The notes beneath the pieces were generated by a model. The model was not told the origin of the DNA, did no database searches, and was given only the letters and a program-made list of their open reading frames with translations. From an uncultured Acidobacteriota bacterium (GTDB lineage: Bacteria > Acidobacteriota > UBA6911), in contig CAWEJX010000008.1 in assembly GCA_963809485.1 (NCBI GenBank), forward strand, positions 96,001 through 160,000: a DNA stretch of 64,000 bases, read 5' to 3'. Made by a program: the position numbers and the translations under genes. Below, piece after piece: positions 39,255 to 51,074 of the stretch (the stretch's first letter is position 1; each line of letters opens with the position of its first letter).

Positions 39255-39545
39255 GACACAGGTTCTCACGGTTGAGCGAATGCGCTTCAGGTATTATCTG
39301 CGGGCATCAGTTTCAGCAAGCCCAAAAAACATTCCGTTTCCGATTTATGAAAAGCTTGCTGTAAAATATCGCCAAAGGCTTGTAAATCTCACTGTAAGAA
39401 TTGACAGTTCTAAAATTGCGGCATAGTTACTAGCCTATTTCATGCATCAGACCGGGGCAGCGGTTTTGCGGGAGGTAAAAGGCAGGGATTGCTGGAGATA
39501 AAGCGAGTCAGTCCCTGGTATAGATGCATGAAAGAGTGGGAAAAA

Positions 39546-39689
39546 ATGAAGACGCGATTTTTGATCCTATTTGCACTGCTTATCCTTTGCGGCTTGTATG
39601 GATGCCAGGGGATATTCAGTGAAGCAAGGGATGCCCGCCCCAGTCGAACTCTGATGATTGATCGCGACCAAACAAACCGGTCCGGCTAG
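39546..39689 (+). CDS. Possible small lipoprotein
   Basis: MKTRF, hydrophobic stretch and LYGC lipobox-like site; only 47 aa. Confidence 0.35.
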   Translation: MKTRFLILFALLILCGLYGCQGIFSEARDARPSRTLMIDRDQTNRSG

Positions 39690-39734
39690 GCAGCCTGCGA
39701 TGGATAAGGACTCTATTGACATACTGGAGGTAGC

Positions 39735-41055
39735 ATGAAAATCAAGAACGCTTTTGCTGATTCGAGCACGCCGGCCCGGCGCGTTGCAATAATGTGCTTT
39801 TTGCTCATCATTTCGCTGGTTCTTGCGAGTTGCGGCGGGACCAAGGAGGAAAAAGCGGGTGCCGGCGCCGCGGCGCCGGTCCCTGTGATCGTTGCCCCTG
39901 TCATTCAGAAAACGGTTCCGATCATCACCGAATTCGCGGCGCGAGCCGACGCCAGGGACACCGTTGAGCTTCGGGCCCGTGTTGAAGCTTTCCTGGAGGG
40001 AATCCACTTCGAGGAAGGCCGTCCGGTAAAAAAGGGGCAGGTGTTGTTCACGCTCGACAAGCGCAAGTATGAAGCCGAACTCCAGACTGCCAATGCACAA
40101 CTCGCCAAAGCAAAGGCGGACCTCGAATTTGCCAAGGAAAAAGTGACGGTCGAATCAGCACGGGCTACCCTGGAGCAGGCCAAAGGCAGAGCTGGGCAAA
40201 GCCGATCTGGACGTGAACCGTCTTGCGCCGCTGGCAAAGGAAAATGCCGTTCCTCAACAGGACCTGGATAATGCCCTGGTCCAGCAGAGGGTGGCAAAAT
40301 CCAATGTCGATGCCAGCCAAGGCCAATTATGAAACTGTTGTTCTCAATCAGAAGGTGACCATCGACCAGGCAACGGCAGCTGTTCAGGCCGGCGAAGCCG
40401 CGAGTCAAGAATGCGGAACTCGATCTGAGCTATTGCACGATCACGGCCCCCATGGACGGACTGATTGGTCAACGACTGGTTTCTCCCGGGAACCTGGTCG
40501 GCCGGGGCGAACCGACATTACTGGCCACGATTTCTGCCCTGGATCCTCTTCGCGTGTCTTTCGCCTTGAGCGAAGCCGAATATCTCAAGCTAGCCGAACG
40601 GATGGGCTAGCGCAGTCAAAAGGCCACTGGCTCTTGATTTGATCCTGGCGGATGGGAGCGTGTTCCCTCACAAAGGAAGGGCTGTGATCGCGGAGCGGGC
40701 CGTAGATGAGAAAACGGGGACGTTGACAATTGTTGCCGAGTTCGCCAATCCGGAGGGGTTGATACGACCGGGACAATTCGGAAGGATCCGCGGGGCCATC
40801 GATACCGTCCAAAATGCGGTTCTTATCCCGCAGCAGGCTGTGATGGAGGAACAGAGCTCCAGGACGGTTTATGTCGTGGATGCCGACAACAAAGTGGCTC
40901 TCCGCACCGTGGTTCTCGGGGAACGCTATGAGGATCTGGTCATCGTCAAAGAGGGAGTCAAGCCTGGTGAACGCGTTATTATCGAAGGGTTGCAGAAAGT
41001 GCGGCCTGGAATGGTTGTGGCCCCTGCCGAGAAACCTCTCGCGGCGGAAAAATAA
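39735..41055 (+). CDS. RND periplasmic adaptor, frameshifted (about 40183, 40315, 40403, 40610)
   Basis: VELRARVEAFL, VKKGQVLF, LDLSYCTITAP, RPGQFGR recovered across frames. Confidence 0.8.
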
Positions 41056-41073
41056 AACAGGAAAGGATCCCAT

Positions 41074-44000
41074 ATGGCACAATTTTTTATCCAGCGACCA
41101 ATCGTCGCAATCGTCATATCCATCCTGACCGTCTTGTTCGGGACCATAATCATCAGCAGGCTGTCGATTGAGCAGTACCCCTTTCTCGCCCCCCCGAACA
41201 TCCGTGTGACCGCCACCTATCCCGGCGCATCCGCCGAGGCAGTCGAACAGTCGGTGGCAACCCCGATCGAGCAGGAGGTCAACGGCGTCGATCGACTCAT
41301 TTACATGAAGTCCTCGAACACGAGCGACGGCCGAATGCTCCTGGACGTCAACTTTGAGGTGGGCACCGACCAGGATATGGCGAATGTCCTCACCCAGAAC
41401 CGCGTTTCGGCAGCACAGGCACGCCTGCCCCAGGAGGTTACTCAGCAGGGGGTTACGGTCAAGAAGCAGAGCCCCAGTATCCTGATGGTTGTCTCGCTCT
41501 TTTCGCCCAATGACTCCTACGACGCCAACTTTCTCATTAACTACTGCGGCATCAACCTGCGCGACCAGTTGCTCCGGATTCCCGGAATTGCTCAGGTGGA
41601 TCTTTTCGGCGGGACCGACTATGGCATGCGGATCTGGATCCGGCCGGACAGGTTGGCCAAGCTCGGCTTGACCCCGTCGGACGTCATTTCGGCCATCAAA
41701 GAGCAGAATCTGCAGGCGCCCACCGGAAAGGTCGGCGCAGCGCCGACGCCCAAGGACCAGATGTTCACCCAAACCGTCAGCGCTCCGGGCCGCCTCGTCA
41801 CCACCGAGGAGTTCGAGAACATCATCGTGCGCCAGAGTCCGGATGGCGAAGTCGTCCGGATCAGGGATGTCGGACGGGCCGAACTCGGCTCGCAGGACTA
41901 CAACTCTTTCGGGCGTCTGAATGGCAAGCCGGGCGGCGCGATGGCCGTCTACCTCTTGCCCGGCGCTGACCAGCTCAAAGCCGCCGAAACGATATACAAG
42001 ACGATGGAGGATGCGAAAGCACTCTTCCCGCAGGACATGGATTACAAGATTGTTTACGACACCACGCCGGCGGTTGAGGCATCGATCCACGAAATCCTGA
42101 AGACGTTTGTCGAGGCTCTGATTCTTGTGACGCTGGTGGTATTCATCTTCCTGCAGAATATCCGGGCGACCATCATCCCACTGCTCACTATTCCGGTTTC
42201 GCTCGTCGGCACTTTCATTTTTTTCCCCGTGCTCGGCTTTTCAGTCAACACCCTTTCGATGTTCGGCTTGGTACTGGCCATCGGCATTGTGGTGGATGAC
42301 GCCATTGTGGTCGTGGAGGCGGTCATCCACCATATTGAGCACGGAAAGTCACCCAAGGAGGCAACCGTTAAGGCCATGGAGGAAGTTTCGGGCCCGGTCA
42401 TCGGGATTGCCCTGATCCTCTCGGCTGTGTTTGTCCCCGTCGCCCTCCTTGGCGGGCTGGTCGGCAGCATGTACAAGCAGTTCGCTCTGACCATCGCGAT
42501 CTCGGTGCTGCTCTCGGCCTTCAACGCGCTGTCGCTGACGCCCGCGCTCTGCTGCATGCTTCTCAAAAAGCCGCGTCCCATGCGCGGGCCGCTGGGCGTT
42601 TTCTTCCGTGGCTTCAACAAGGTCTTTGATGTCACCACCAACGGCTATGTGAGTATGTCTCGCCTGCTTGTGCGCCGGGGGATTCTCACGATCGGGATCG
42701 TCGCCGTCGTAATCGTCGGCGCCGGTCTTCTTTGCGGGCAAGCTCCCGGCCGGATTTATCCCGGATGAGGACCAGGGGATTTTCGGAGTCAATGTCCAGC
42801 TTCCGCCCGGTGCTTCGCTCGAGCGCACCAGCTTGACGCTGAAGAAGGTCGAGGACATCCTCTCGAAAATACGAAGAGATCGACTCCTTCCAGACTATCG
42901 GCGGGTACGGAGTGGTCACCAATACCTATCAACCGAACTACGGCTCCATTTTTGCGCGGCTGAAGCCATGGGAGGAAAGGCAGGAAGAGGCGCAGAAAGT
43001 GAAAGGAATCATGGCGCAGCTGCAGCGGGAATTCGCGCCCATCCCGGAGGCGACCATCTTCCCATTTAACATCCCGACCCTCTCCGGTTTTGGCGCCGCC
43101 TCAGGATTCAACTTCCTCATCCAGGATCGCAGCGGCTCCATGAGCATCCAGGAGATGGGCCAGGCCACGCAGAAGTTCCTCGCGGCAGGAAGGCAGCGGC
43201 CGGAACTGGGGAACCTCTTCACCTCCTTTGACCCAAGGTACCCCCAGGTCAAGGTGGAGCTGGATCGGGAAAAGGCGCGCACGGTAGGCGTCCCGATCAA
43301 CGAGGTTTTTCAGGCCATGGCCACCGTCATGGGAGGAAGCTACGTCAACGACTTCAACCGTTTCGGACGGCTCTATCGGGTTTACGTGCAGGCTGACGCG
43401 TCGGCCCGATTGAAGGCCGAGGATATCGGCAAGGTCTATGTCCGGTCGAAGTCAACCGAACAGATGATCCCTCTCTCCACGCTGGTCACCGTCAAGGATA
43501 TCTCGGGAACTGAGTTGACAACCCGGTTCAACCTGCTGCGTTCCGTGGAAATCCAGGGGGCGCCCGCCCGCGGTTACACCTCCGGACAGGCTTTGGCTGC
43601 GCTGGAGCAAGTCTTCGCAGAGACCTTGCCCAAAGGAAATGAGCTTTGCCTATTCCTCGTTGTCCTACCAGGAGAAGGTAGCCCCGCCTGCCGCGCCCAC
43701 TTTCATCATGGCCATCCTGTGTGTGTTTCTGCTGCTGGCCGCGATGTACGAAAGCTGGCGGCTGCCCTGGGCAGTGCTCCTGGGATCGCCGCTGGTGGCG
43801 TTGGGCGCCTTCCTCGGCGTCTGGCTGATGGGGTATGACAACAACGTTTACGTGCAGGTCGGACTGGTCATGCTGATCGGCCTGGCGGCCAAAAACGCTA
43901 TCCTGATCGTGGAGTTCGCCAAGGCAAAGCATGAGCAAGGTTCTTCCCTCGAAGAGTCGGCGCTCGAATCGGCGCGCTTGCGTTTCCGCCCGATTCTGAT

Positions 44001-44241
44001 GACGGCCTTCGCCTTCATCCTTGGGGTCGTGCCGCTGATGCTTGCGAACGGCGCCGGGTCGGGCGCTCAGAATGTGATGGGCACTGCGGTGTTTTGGGGC
44101 ATGCTGATCGCAACGGCGCTTGGCGTTTTCATCATTCCCGGCAACTTCACCTTCGTTGAGGGGCTTGGCCGGAAACGATCCGGGACCGCAGATACGGTGG
44201 ATATGCCGGGAAAGCAGCCCGTGGAGGAGACACACTTATGA
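41074..44241 (+). CDS. HAE1 RND permease, frameshifted (about 42730, 42871, 43633)
   Basis: MAQFFIQRP, GIVVDDAIVVVE, PDEDQG, AKNAILIVEFA, RFRPILMT across frames. Confidence 0.85.
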
Positions 44242-45639
44242 ACTGGAAAGCATATAGAGCATTTCTCGCTTCGCTAGGCTTGTTACTGCTCTTCGCGGGC
44301 TGCGCGGTTGGGCCCAAATATACGCGGCCGGAATATCCCGTCCCGGCTGAACATCGCTCCGAGACGGCTTTGCCTGCAGCCGCTCCTGCGGCCGCAGCGC
44401 CGACTCTTGGGGATGTGAAATGGTTTGATCTGTTTCGCGATGAAAAGCTGCAGGAATTGATCCGGACAGCCCTGAAGGATAACTACGACATTCGGATCGC
44501 CGCACAGCGGGTTCTTGCCGCCCAGGCTTTCATCACGGTTGAGAAGTCTGCGCTGTATCCTTCTTTAAACGCAGAAGTCAGTGCGGACCAGCAACGAGGC
44601 GTCAACAGGGGCCTAAGCTCAGTGTTCGGCGGCGGAACGGGTCTTTTGGGAGCTGGACATATGGGGCAAAATTCGCCGCCAGACCGAGGCGGCCCGGGCG
44701 CAGTATCTGGCACAGGAGGCCGTTCAGCAGGCCGTGATTCAGAGCCTGGTGACCGGAGTGGCCAGCAGTTACTTTCAATTGCTGGAGTTGGATCAGGAAC
44801 TGGAAGTTGCGCAGCGGTCTCTCGCTTCCCGCCGTGGTTCCCTTCGGTTGGTGCAGGCGCGAATGACAGGGCGGAATCGCAAACCAGTTGGAGGTCGATC
44901 AAGCCATGAGCCTGGTGGCATCCGCAGCGGCAACGATTGCCGATGTGGAACGCAGGCGCGAGCAGGCGGAAAATTTCCTCAGCACCCTGCTAGGCAGCAA
45001 TCCGGGACCCGTGGAGCGCACCAAAAAGCTGGGTGATCAGAAGCTGGCGCCGGAAGTGCCCGCCGGATTGCCTTCGGCGTTGCTGGATCGGAGACCTGAT
45101 ATTCGCCAGGCTGAGCAGTTGCTCGTGGCCGCCAATGCCCGCGTCGGAGTGGCTAAATCCCTGTTCTTCCCGTCCATCAGCCTCACCGGGTCAGGAGGCT
45201 ATCAGAACTTTGACATCCGCAATCTGTTCTACACCAGATGGACTGGCATATAGCTACGGCGGCAGCATCACACTGCCCCTTTTTAACGCAGGCAAGCTTT
45301 GGGCAAACTATAAAGCATCGAAAGCCCAGCGTGAAGCGGCGATCCTGAGCTACCAGAAGAGCATCCAGGAGGCGTTCAGGGACGTGGCCGACTCGCTGGT
45401 CGGTTATCAGAAAGCCAAGGAATATCGAGCTCAGCGCGAACTTTTCGCTCACCACGCTGCGAGACCAATTGCGCCTCGCGGATATGCGCTATCGCGGGGG
45501 CGTCTCCAGCTATCTGGAAGTGCTGGATACCGAGCGGCAGGCATTGGATGCAGAACTGTCGTATGCCCAGGCTTATCTGGGCGAGTTGAATTCAGTCATC
45601 TACGTGTACAAAGCGCTGGGAGGCGGCTGGATGCCATAA
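44238..45639 (+). CDS. RND outer membrane lipoprotein (OprM/NodT), frameshifted
   Basis: AGCAVGPKY lipobox, LLDRRPDIRQAE, YKALGGGW; breaks near 44640, 44865, 45230, 45448. Confidence 0.8.
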
Positions 45640-45762
45640 ATAGCAGTTGCCCGGCTTTTCACTCCGCAGCAAAGGAAGCGGGCACCGGTTTTCGACGGAT
45701 TTCGCACGCGATGAGATCTTTTGTAGCAGAGCAGCCTGAAAATCCTGCGAGGGGATTTCGCA

Positions 45763-46470
45763 ATGAGCAATATTGTAACCAGTCTGGCGGCCAGGACCGA
45801 TGCGGTTGCGGATGCCTATATCCGGAAACGGTATGCTGTCCTTTTCTACTCGCTTCTGCTTTACCTTTGCAGCTTCTCCGCTGCTGGCGGCTCTGCAATG
45901 GAAATCAACCTTCATCGAGTTGCTGCTGGCTGCGACCCTTCTGATAGCCGTGCTTCCGCTCCGAACCGTCAGCGTGCGGTGGACTCTCTGGATCTTGTGG
46001 CGCTGGCCGTGGCCGGACGGCTGTTCTCTGCATCCTTTGGCCTAAACTTCTCATCGTTGAATCTGGGAATATTCACGCTGGTGGGTTTGCTGGCCGCGGT
46101 CAATGCGCTGCGTTTCACCTTGCGGGCCACCTCTATCGATAGTGCACACATTTACGCCGCGCTCAGCGCGTATCTGCTGGCCGGCATTTCCTTTGGCATC
46201 CTGTATTGGGTGGTGGAGCACGCCTGGCCGGGTTCTATGTATTATGGAGGTGCAAATGTTGGCGGCTTCACCACAGCGGACGGCCTCTATTTCAGTTTTG
46301 TGACTCTGGCGACGCTCGGCTACGGAGACTTCGTGCCTAAAACCGAAGTAGCGCGGGGTCTTGCGATCCTCGAGGCGGTTGCAGGACAGTTATATCTTGC
46401 GGTGATGGTGGCGCGGCTTGTCAGCCTTTATGTATCGGGAAGCTCCTCTAAAAAAGAATCTGAATCCTGA
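45763..46470 (+). CDS. Ion channel (K-channel pore family) protein; N-terminal part probably frameshifted
   Basis: YFSFVTLATLGYGD..P pore motif; an alternative frame at about 45860-45990 gives better TM helices. Confidence 0.82.
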   Translation: MSNIVTSLAARTDAVADAYIRKRYAVLFYSLLLYLCSFSAAGGSAMEINLHRVAAGCDPSDSRASAPNRQRAVDSLDLVALAVAGRLFSASFGLNFSSLNLGIFTLVGLLAAVNALRFTLRATSIDSAHIYAALSAYLLAGISFGILYWVVEHAWPGSMYYGGANVGGFTTADGLYFSFVTLATLGYGDFVPKTEVARGLAILEAVAGQLYLAVMVARLVSLYVSGSSSKKESES

Positions 46471-46727
46471 GGCATGGCGGGCCGAAACCGGAAATGCACA
46501 ACCGCCGCGGAATCCAAACGCCAACGGCAAAAACATATCCGTTCTGATACAAAAACGCTACGATCTCGCTGGAGACGTCAAGGTCCGGCTGCCTCACGCC
46601 TATTTACCTTTCAGCGTTCATCCGCGCAGTTGTCAGCGCATGTCAGCATTGGAAACCCCCTGTCAGACTTGACAGGTGCTCGTTTCAATTCTGCGCATCA
46701 TATTCTTCCGAGGAAAAGGAGGCATTC

Positions 46728-47831
46728 ATGCTCCATCCCAAAAACCTGCGTATTTTCGCAGTTCTGGCGAGTGCCTTGGTTTTCGCATGGGCCGGGTTTG
46801 CCCCCCCGACTGCGCAAACGGCTGCCATCGGGGAAGATGGCTATCTGGTCCACGATGGCCACGTCCATCTGACCAACTACATCCAGGAAGGTCCGAGTGT
46901 CAGCGACTTTCTAAAAGTCATGGGCACGAAGGTGGGGCGCGCGGTGCTGTTCGGCCTTCCCTTGCAGCAGATGTGGTCGTATGCCAACACGGGCGACTAT
47001 GCGCCGACCTATTACCTGCAGACGGACGCCCCGCTCTATTACTATTCCTTTACCGATGCTTTCATCGCCATGGCGTACAAATCGCTGCCCCGGGAACAGC
47101 AGGAGCGTCTGGACCCGATGATCACCGGCTTCAATCCTGCGGACATGTATGCGGTGGACCACATCCGGCGGGTGCTGAAGACTTTCCCCGGCGTTTTCTC
47201 GGGGATCGGCGAGTTCACAATCCATAAGGAGTTCGTATCCGCCAAGATCGCCGGTGAGACGGCCAGTCTGAAGAATCCCGCCCTCGACAGAGTGTTTGAA
47301 TTCGCCGGCGAGGCGGGACTTGTGGTAATATTGCACAACGATGCGGACGTGCCATTTCCGAAGCCGGACCAGGAGCCGTATCAGATCCTGCAGCTGAGGG
47401 ACTTATTCCAGCGGCACCCGAAAACCACAATTATCTGGGCGCACATCGGATTGGGGCGCATCGTCCGTCCAATGAAGGATCAGCTCTCCATTGTTGAGCG
47501 GGCGCTTAAAAATCCCGCGTTGAGTCATGTATACTTCGATATCTCGTGGGATGAAACGGCGAAGTACCTGGTCGCGACCCCCGAGACGACCCGGGCAGTA
47601 GCCGACCTCATCAACCGCTTCCCGGACCGTTTCCTTTTCGGAACGGACGAAGTCGGCCCGACCGATCAGGCCAAGTACTTGAAGGTTTACGATCTGTACG
47701 CTCCTCTCTTCGCCAGGCTCATCCCCGAGGCGAGCGAGAAGGTCAGGAAAGGCAATTATGAGCGCATCTTCGACGAGGCTCGCCGCCGGGTCCGAGCCTG
47801 GGAGCAAACCAATCTCAAAAGTGCAGAGTAA
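46728..47831 (+). CDS. Secreted amidohydrolase-family protein
   Basis: Signal peptide; DGHVH, GIGE, LHND, WAHIG, FLFGTD. Confidence 0.85.
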   Translation: MLHPKNLRIFAVLASALVFAWAGFAPPTAQTAAIGEDGYLVHDGHVHLTNYIQEGPSVSDFLKVMGTKVGRAVLFGLPLQQMWSYANTGDYAPTYYLQTDAPLYYYSFTDAFIAMAYKSLPREQQERLDPMITGFNPADMYAVDHIRRVLKTFPGVFSGIGEFTIHKEFVSAKIAGETASLKNPALDRVFEFAGEAGLVVILHNDADVPFPKPDQEPYQILQLRDLFQRHPKTTIIWAHIGLGRIVRPMKDQLSIVERALKNPALSHVYFDISWDETAKYLVATPETTRAVADLINRFPDRFLFGTDEVGPTDQAKYLKVYDLYAPLFARLIPEASEKVRKGNYERIFDEARRRVRAWEQTNLKSAE

Positions 47832-48138
47832 GTATCCTCCGGCAGAGCCGGAGGCTTTACGGATGCTGGCCCCTCAAAGGGGCCTGATCGCAACCGATAA
47901 AAGATGCAACCGGTTTCATGCGCAATAAACATCTTTAAAGCTTTTTGAACCGCAGAATGCCGAATAAAGAATGATGAATTTCGAGGTCTTAACTTCTGCG
48001 GTTCGACATTCGATATTCAGTATTTCGCGGGGCTTATGCTCTTGGTTGCTGTCAGAAAACCGGGGAAAAGGCATGCTTCAGCATTTGTCAAACTGATGCT
48101 GCCCCATCGGCAGAGCCGGGGGATCTCCCAATGGATGA
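47828..48138. mobile_element. Type B element, best-preserved copy
   Basis: GTAAGTATCCTCCGGCAGAGCCGGAGGCTTT, GGCCCCTCAAAGGGGCC, heptamer palindrome, GTCAAAC..CGGCAGAGCCGGGGG. Confidence 0.78.
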
Positions 48139-48323
48139 GGGCTTTTGAGTTGTATACACGAACGCTGAAAGGCTCCAAGCACCGAAGGATCCTTCGCTGT
48201 CAAAACTGACAGTGGCAGAGAAAATGAGGGCAACCCATCATATCGATGTCAGGAACTGTCCACGAAGTGTCAAGCCATCATCTATTATCGGATCTTTATG
48301 ACGGGGGAAGGATTGGAGGAACC

Positions 48324-51065
48324 ATGGCTAAACAGGAAATTATCGACGTAACGGAACAAAAGCGGTTGAATGAGGCACGAGAAAAGGGGATCCCGTGGAA
48401 AAAATGGGGGCCCTACCTCAGCGAGAGGCAGTGGGGCACGGTCCGCGAGGATTATAGCGAGGACGGCAACGCGTGGGATTATTTCACCCATGACCAGTCG
48501 CGCTCCCGGGCTTACCGGTGGGGCGAGGACGGGCTCGGGGGGATCTGCGACGACAGGCAGCGGCTGTGCTTCGCGCTTGCGTTGTGGAACGAGCGCGACC
48601 CCATCCTGAAAGAGCGCATGTACGGACTCACAAACAGCGAGGCAAACCATGGGGAGGACGTGAAGGAGTACTACTTCTACATCGACAGCACTCCCACGCA
48701 CTCCTATATGAAGTATCTGTATAAGTATCCGCAGCGCGAGTATCCCTACCGGGATCTTATCGAGACGAACCGGAGACGGTCGCGGGAGGAATTCGAGTAC
48801 GAACTGCTCGATACGGGCGTGTTTGACGACGACCGGTACTTTGACGTGTTTGTGGAGTACGCCAAGGAAGGTCCGGAAGACGTTCTCGTCCGCATCACCG
48901 TTCACAATCGGGGGCCGGAAGCGGCCCGGCTTCGGCTTTTACCGACGCTGTGGTTCCGAAACACATGGTCCTGGGGCGAGGATAATCGAAAGCCTTCTCT
49001 GCGCCAGGCTGCGCCCGGCGCCATTCAAGTCTCCCATCATGAATTGGGCGAGTACTGGCTCTATTGCGATGGCGCGCCGGAGCTGCTCTTTACGGAAAAT
49101 GAGAGCAATGCCGACCGTCTCTGGGGCCAGCCCAATGCTTCTCCCTACGTCAAGGATGGGTTTCACTCATATCTCATATCGGGACAGGGCGAGGCGGTGA
49201 ATCCTGCCAAGGCGGGGACCAAGGCCGCAGCCCACTACGCGCTCGAAGTGCCTGCGGGTGGCAGCAAAACGGTCCGCCTGCGGCTGGCAGCCGCCCCTTC
49301 GAAGGACGCCTTCCGCAGTTTCGATGGGACGTTTAAGAGCCGCATCGGAGACGCGGACGAATTCTACCAGAGGATCACGCCGCGTTCGCTCAGCGAAGAT
49401 GAGCGCCGGGTGCACCGACAGGCGCTGGCCGGAATGCTATGGAGCAAGCAGTTCTATCACTTCGACCTGGCGACATGGCTGCGCGAGCACAACAGTCATC
49501 CGCTGCTTGAATCCACCCGCCAAAATGTACGTAACACGGAATGGTTCCATATGCTGAATGCCGACGTGATTTCGATGCCGGACAAGTGGGAGTATCCGTG
49601 GTATGCGGCCTGGGACCTGGCGTTCCACACGATCGCCCTCTCGCTGGTGGATTTCGATTTTGCCAAAGAGCAGTTGCTGCTGATGCTTCGCAACCTGTAC
49701 TTCCACCCGAGCGGCCAGATTCCTGCCTACGAGTGGAACTTCAGCGACGTGAATCCCCCGGTGCACGCCTGGGCTACGCTCTGGCTGTATAAATACGAGA
49801 AGCAGCTGGGCCGGGCGGACCTGCGGTTTCTGGAACGGTCGTTCCAGGGCTTGATGCAGAATTTTAACTGGTGGGTGAACCGCAAGGACCCGTCCGGGCG
49901 CAACGTGTTCGCGGGAGGATTTCTGGGATTGGACAACATCGGCATATTCGACCGGAGCGCGCAGCTTCCAACGGGCGGATCGCTGGAACAGGCCGACGGC
50001 ACCGCCTGGATGGCGTTCTACAGCCAGTGCATGGCGGAAATGGCCCTGATTCTGTGCGATTACGACTCGATGTATGAAGAGGTCGCCTTCAAGTTCTTCC
50101 AGCATTTTATGCAGATTTCCTATGCCATGGACCGCATCGGCGTTCACCACGACGAGATGTGGGATGAGGAAGAAGGATTCTTCTATGATCTGCTGCGGCT
50201 CCCCAACGGCCAAGCCACGCGTTTGAAGGTGCGGTCTCTGGTTGGACTGCTGCCGTTGTGCTCCTCAACCGTGCTCGAGGCGGATGACTTGACGCGACAT
50301 CCGAAACTCATGGAGATGATCGCCCTGTACCGGAAACGTCATCCGGAACTGGTTTCGCAGGTCGCCCCGACTGACGAGGGTTTCATCGGCTACAAAGGAC
50401 GCCGTCTGATGTCGATTCTCAACAAGAAGAAGTTGGAGCGGGTGCTCGGTTACATGCTCGACGAAAACGAGTTTCTCGGGCCGCACGGAATCCGTTCTGT
50501 TTCGCGCTACCATCTGGATCACCCGTTCTCCTTCTGGGTGGGTCACGAGGAGTACAAGGTCCAGTACCTGCCGGCTGAATCAAATACGGGAATGTTCGGC
50601 GGCAACTCAAACTGGCGCGGTCCGGTGTGGATGCCCGTCAACGCGCTGATTGTCCGGGCGCTGGCGAACCTGTACACCTTTTATGGCGACGAATTCAAGG
50701 TTCAATGCCCGACCGGTTCAGGACAGTACAAGACGCTGTTCGAAGTGGCGCAGGAGCTTGTCCGCCGGCTGGCGGGCACATTCCTGCGTGACACCAACGG
50801 AAAGCGGCCGGTCCATGGTGGAACGGCCAAGTTCCAGGAGGATCCGCATTGGCGCGATCTGATCCTTTTTTATGAATATTTCCATGGCGACAACGGAGCG
50901 GGTCTCGGGGCCAGCCACCAGACGGGGTGGACCGGCGTGATCGCCCCCCTGATAGACCTGTTCGGGCGTATCGATGCTAAGACCTTGCTCGAGACCGAAC
51001 GCGGGCGCGTGTTTGCCAGGGTTATATCGGAGCAGGTGGGCGGTGAACGGATGAGCGGGAAATAG
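48324..51065 (+). CDS. GH63-like (MGH1 family) glycoside hydrolase
   Basis: [52 protein letters not shown]. Confidence 0.92.
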   Translation: MAKQEIIDVTEQKRLNEAREKGIPWKKWGPYLSERQWGTVREDYSEDGNAWDYFTHDQSRSRAYRWGEDGLGGICDDRQRLCFALALWNERDPILKERMYGLTNSEANHGEDVKEYYFYIDSTPTHSYMKYLYKYPQREYPYRDLIETNRRRSREEFEYELLDTGVFDDDRYFDVFVEYAKEGPEDVLVRITVHNRGPEAARLRLLPTLWFRNTWSWGEDNRKPSLRQAAPGAIQVSHHELGEYWLYCDGAPELLFTENESNADRLWGQPNASPYVKDGFHSYLISGQGEAVNPAKAGTKAAAHYALEVPAGGSKTVRLRLAAAPSKDAFRSFDGTFKSRIGDADEFYQRITPRSLSEDERRVHRQALAGMLWSKQFYHFDLATWLREHNSHPLLESTRQNVRNTEWFHMLNADVISMPDKWEYPWYAAWDLAFHTIALSLVDFDFAKEQLLLMLRNLYFHPSGQIPAYEWNFSDVNPPVHAWATLWLYKYEKQLGRADLRFLERSFQGLMQNFNWWVNRKDPSGRNVFAGGFLGLDNIGIFDRSAQLPTGGSLEQADGTAWMAFYSQCMAEMALILCDYDSMYEEVAFKFFQHFMQISYAMDRIGVHHDEMWDEEEGFFYDLLRLPNGQATRLKVRSLVGLLPLCSSTVLEADDLTRHPKLMEMIALYRKRHPELVSQVAPTDEGFIGYKGRRLMSILNKKKLERVLGYMLDENEFLGPHGIRSVSRYHLDHPFSFWVGHEEYKVQYLPAESNTGMFGGNSNWRGPVWMPVNALIVRALANLYTFYGDEFKVQCPTGSGQYKTLFEVAQELVRRLAGTFLRDTNGKRPVHGGTAKFQEDPHWRDLILFYEYFHGDNGAGLGASHQTGWTGVIAPLIDLFGRIDAKTLLETERGRVFARVISEQVGGERMSGK

Positions 51066-51074
51066 GGAGGGAAT

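Noticed and set aside
39401-39430. Sigma70 promoter at TTGACA upstream of the RND operon
   Set aside because: No convincing -10 at 16-18 nt spacing
39735-45639. Programmed frameshifting or selenocysteine readthrough in the split genes
   Set aside because: No consistent slippery motif; the breaks are frame changes rather than in-frame TGA
46474-46727. Short ORFs between the channel and amidohydrolase genes
   Set aside because: No recognisable motif or clear RBS; overlapping alternatives with none favoured
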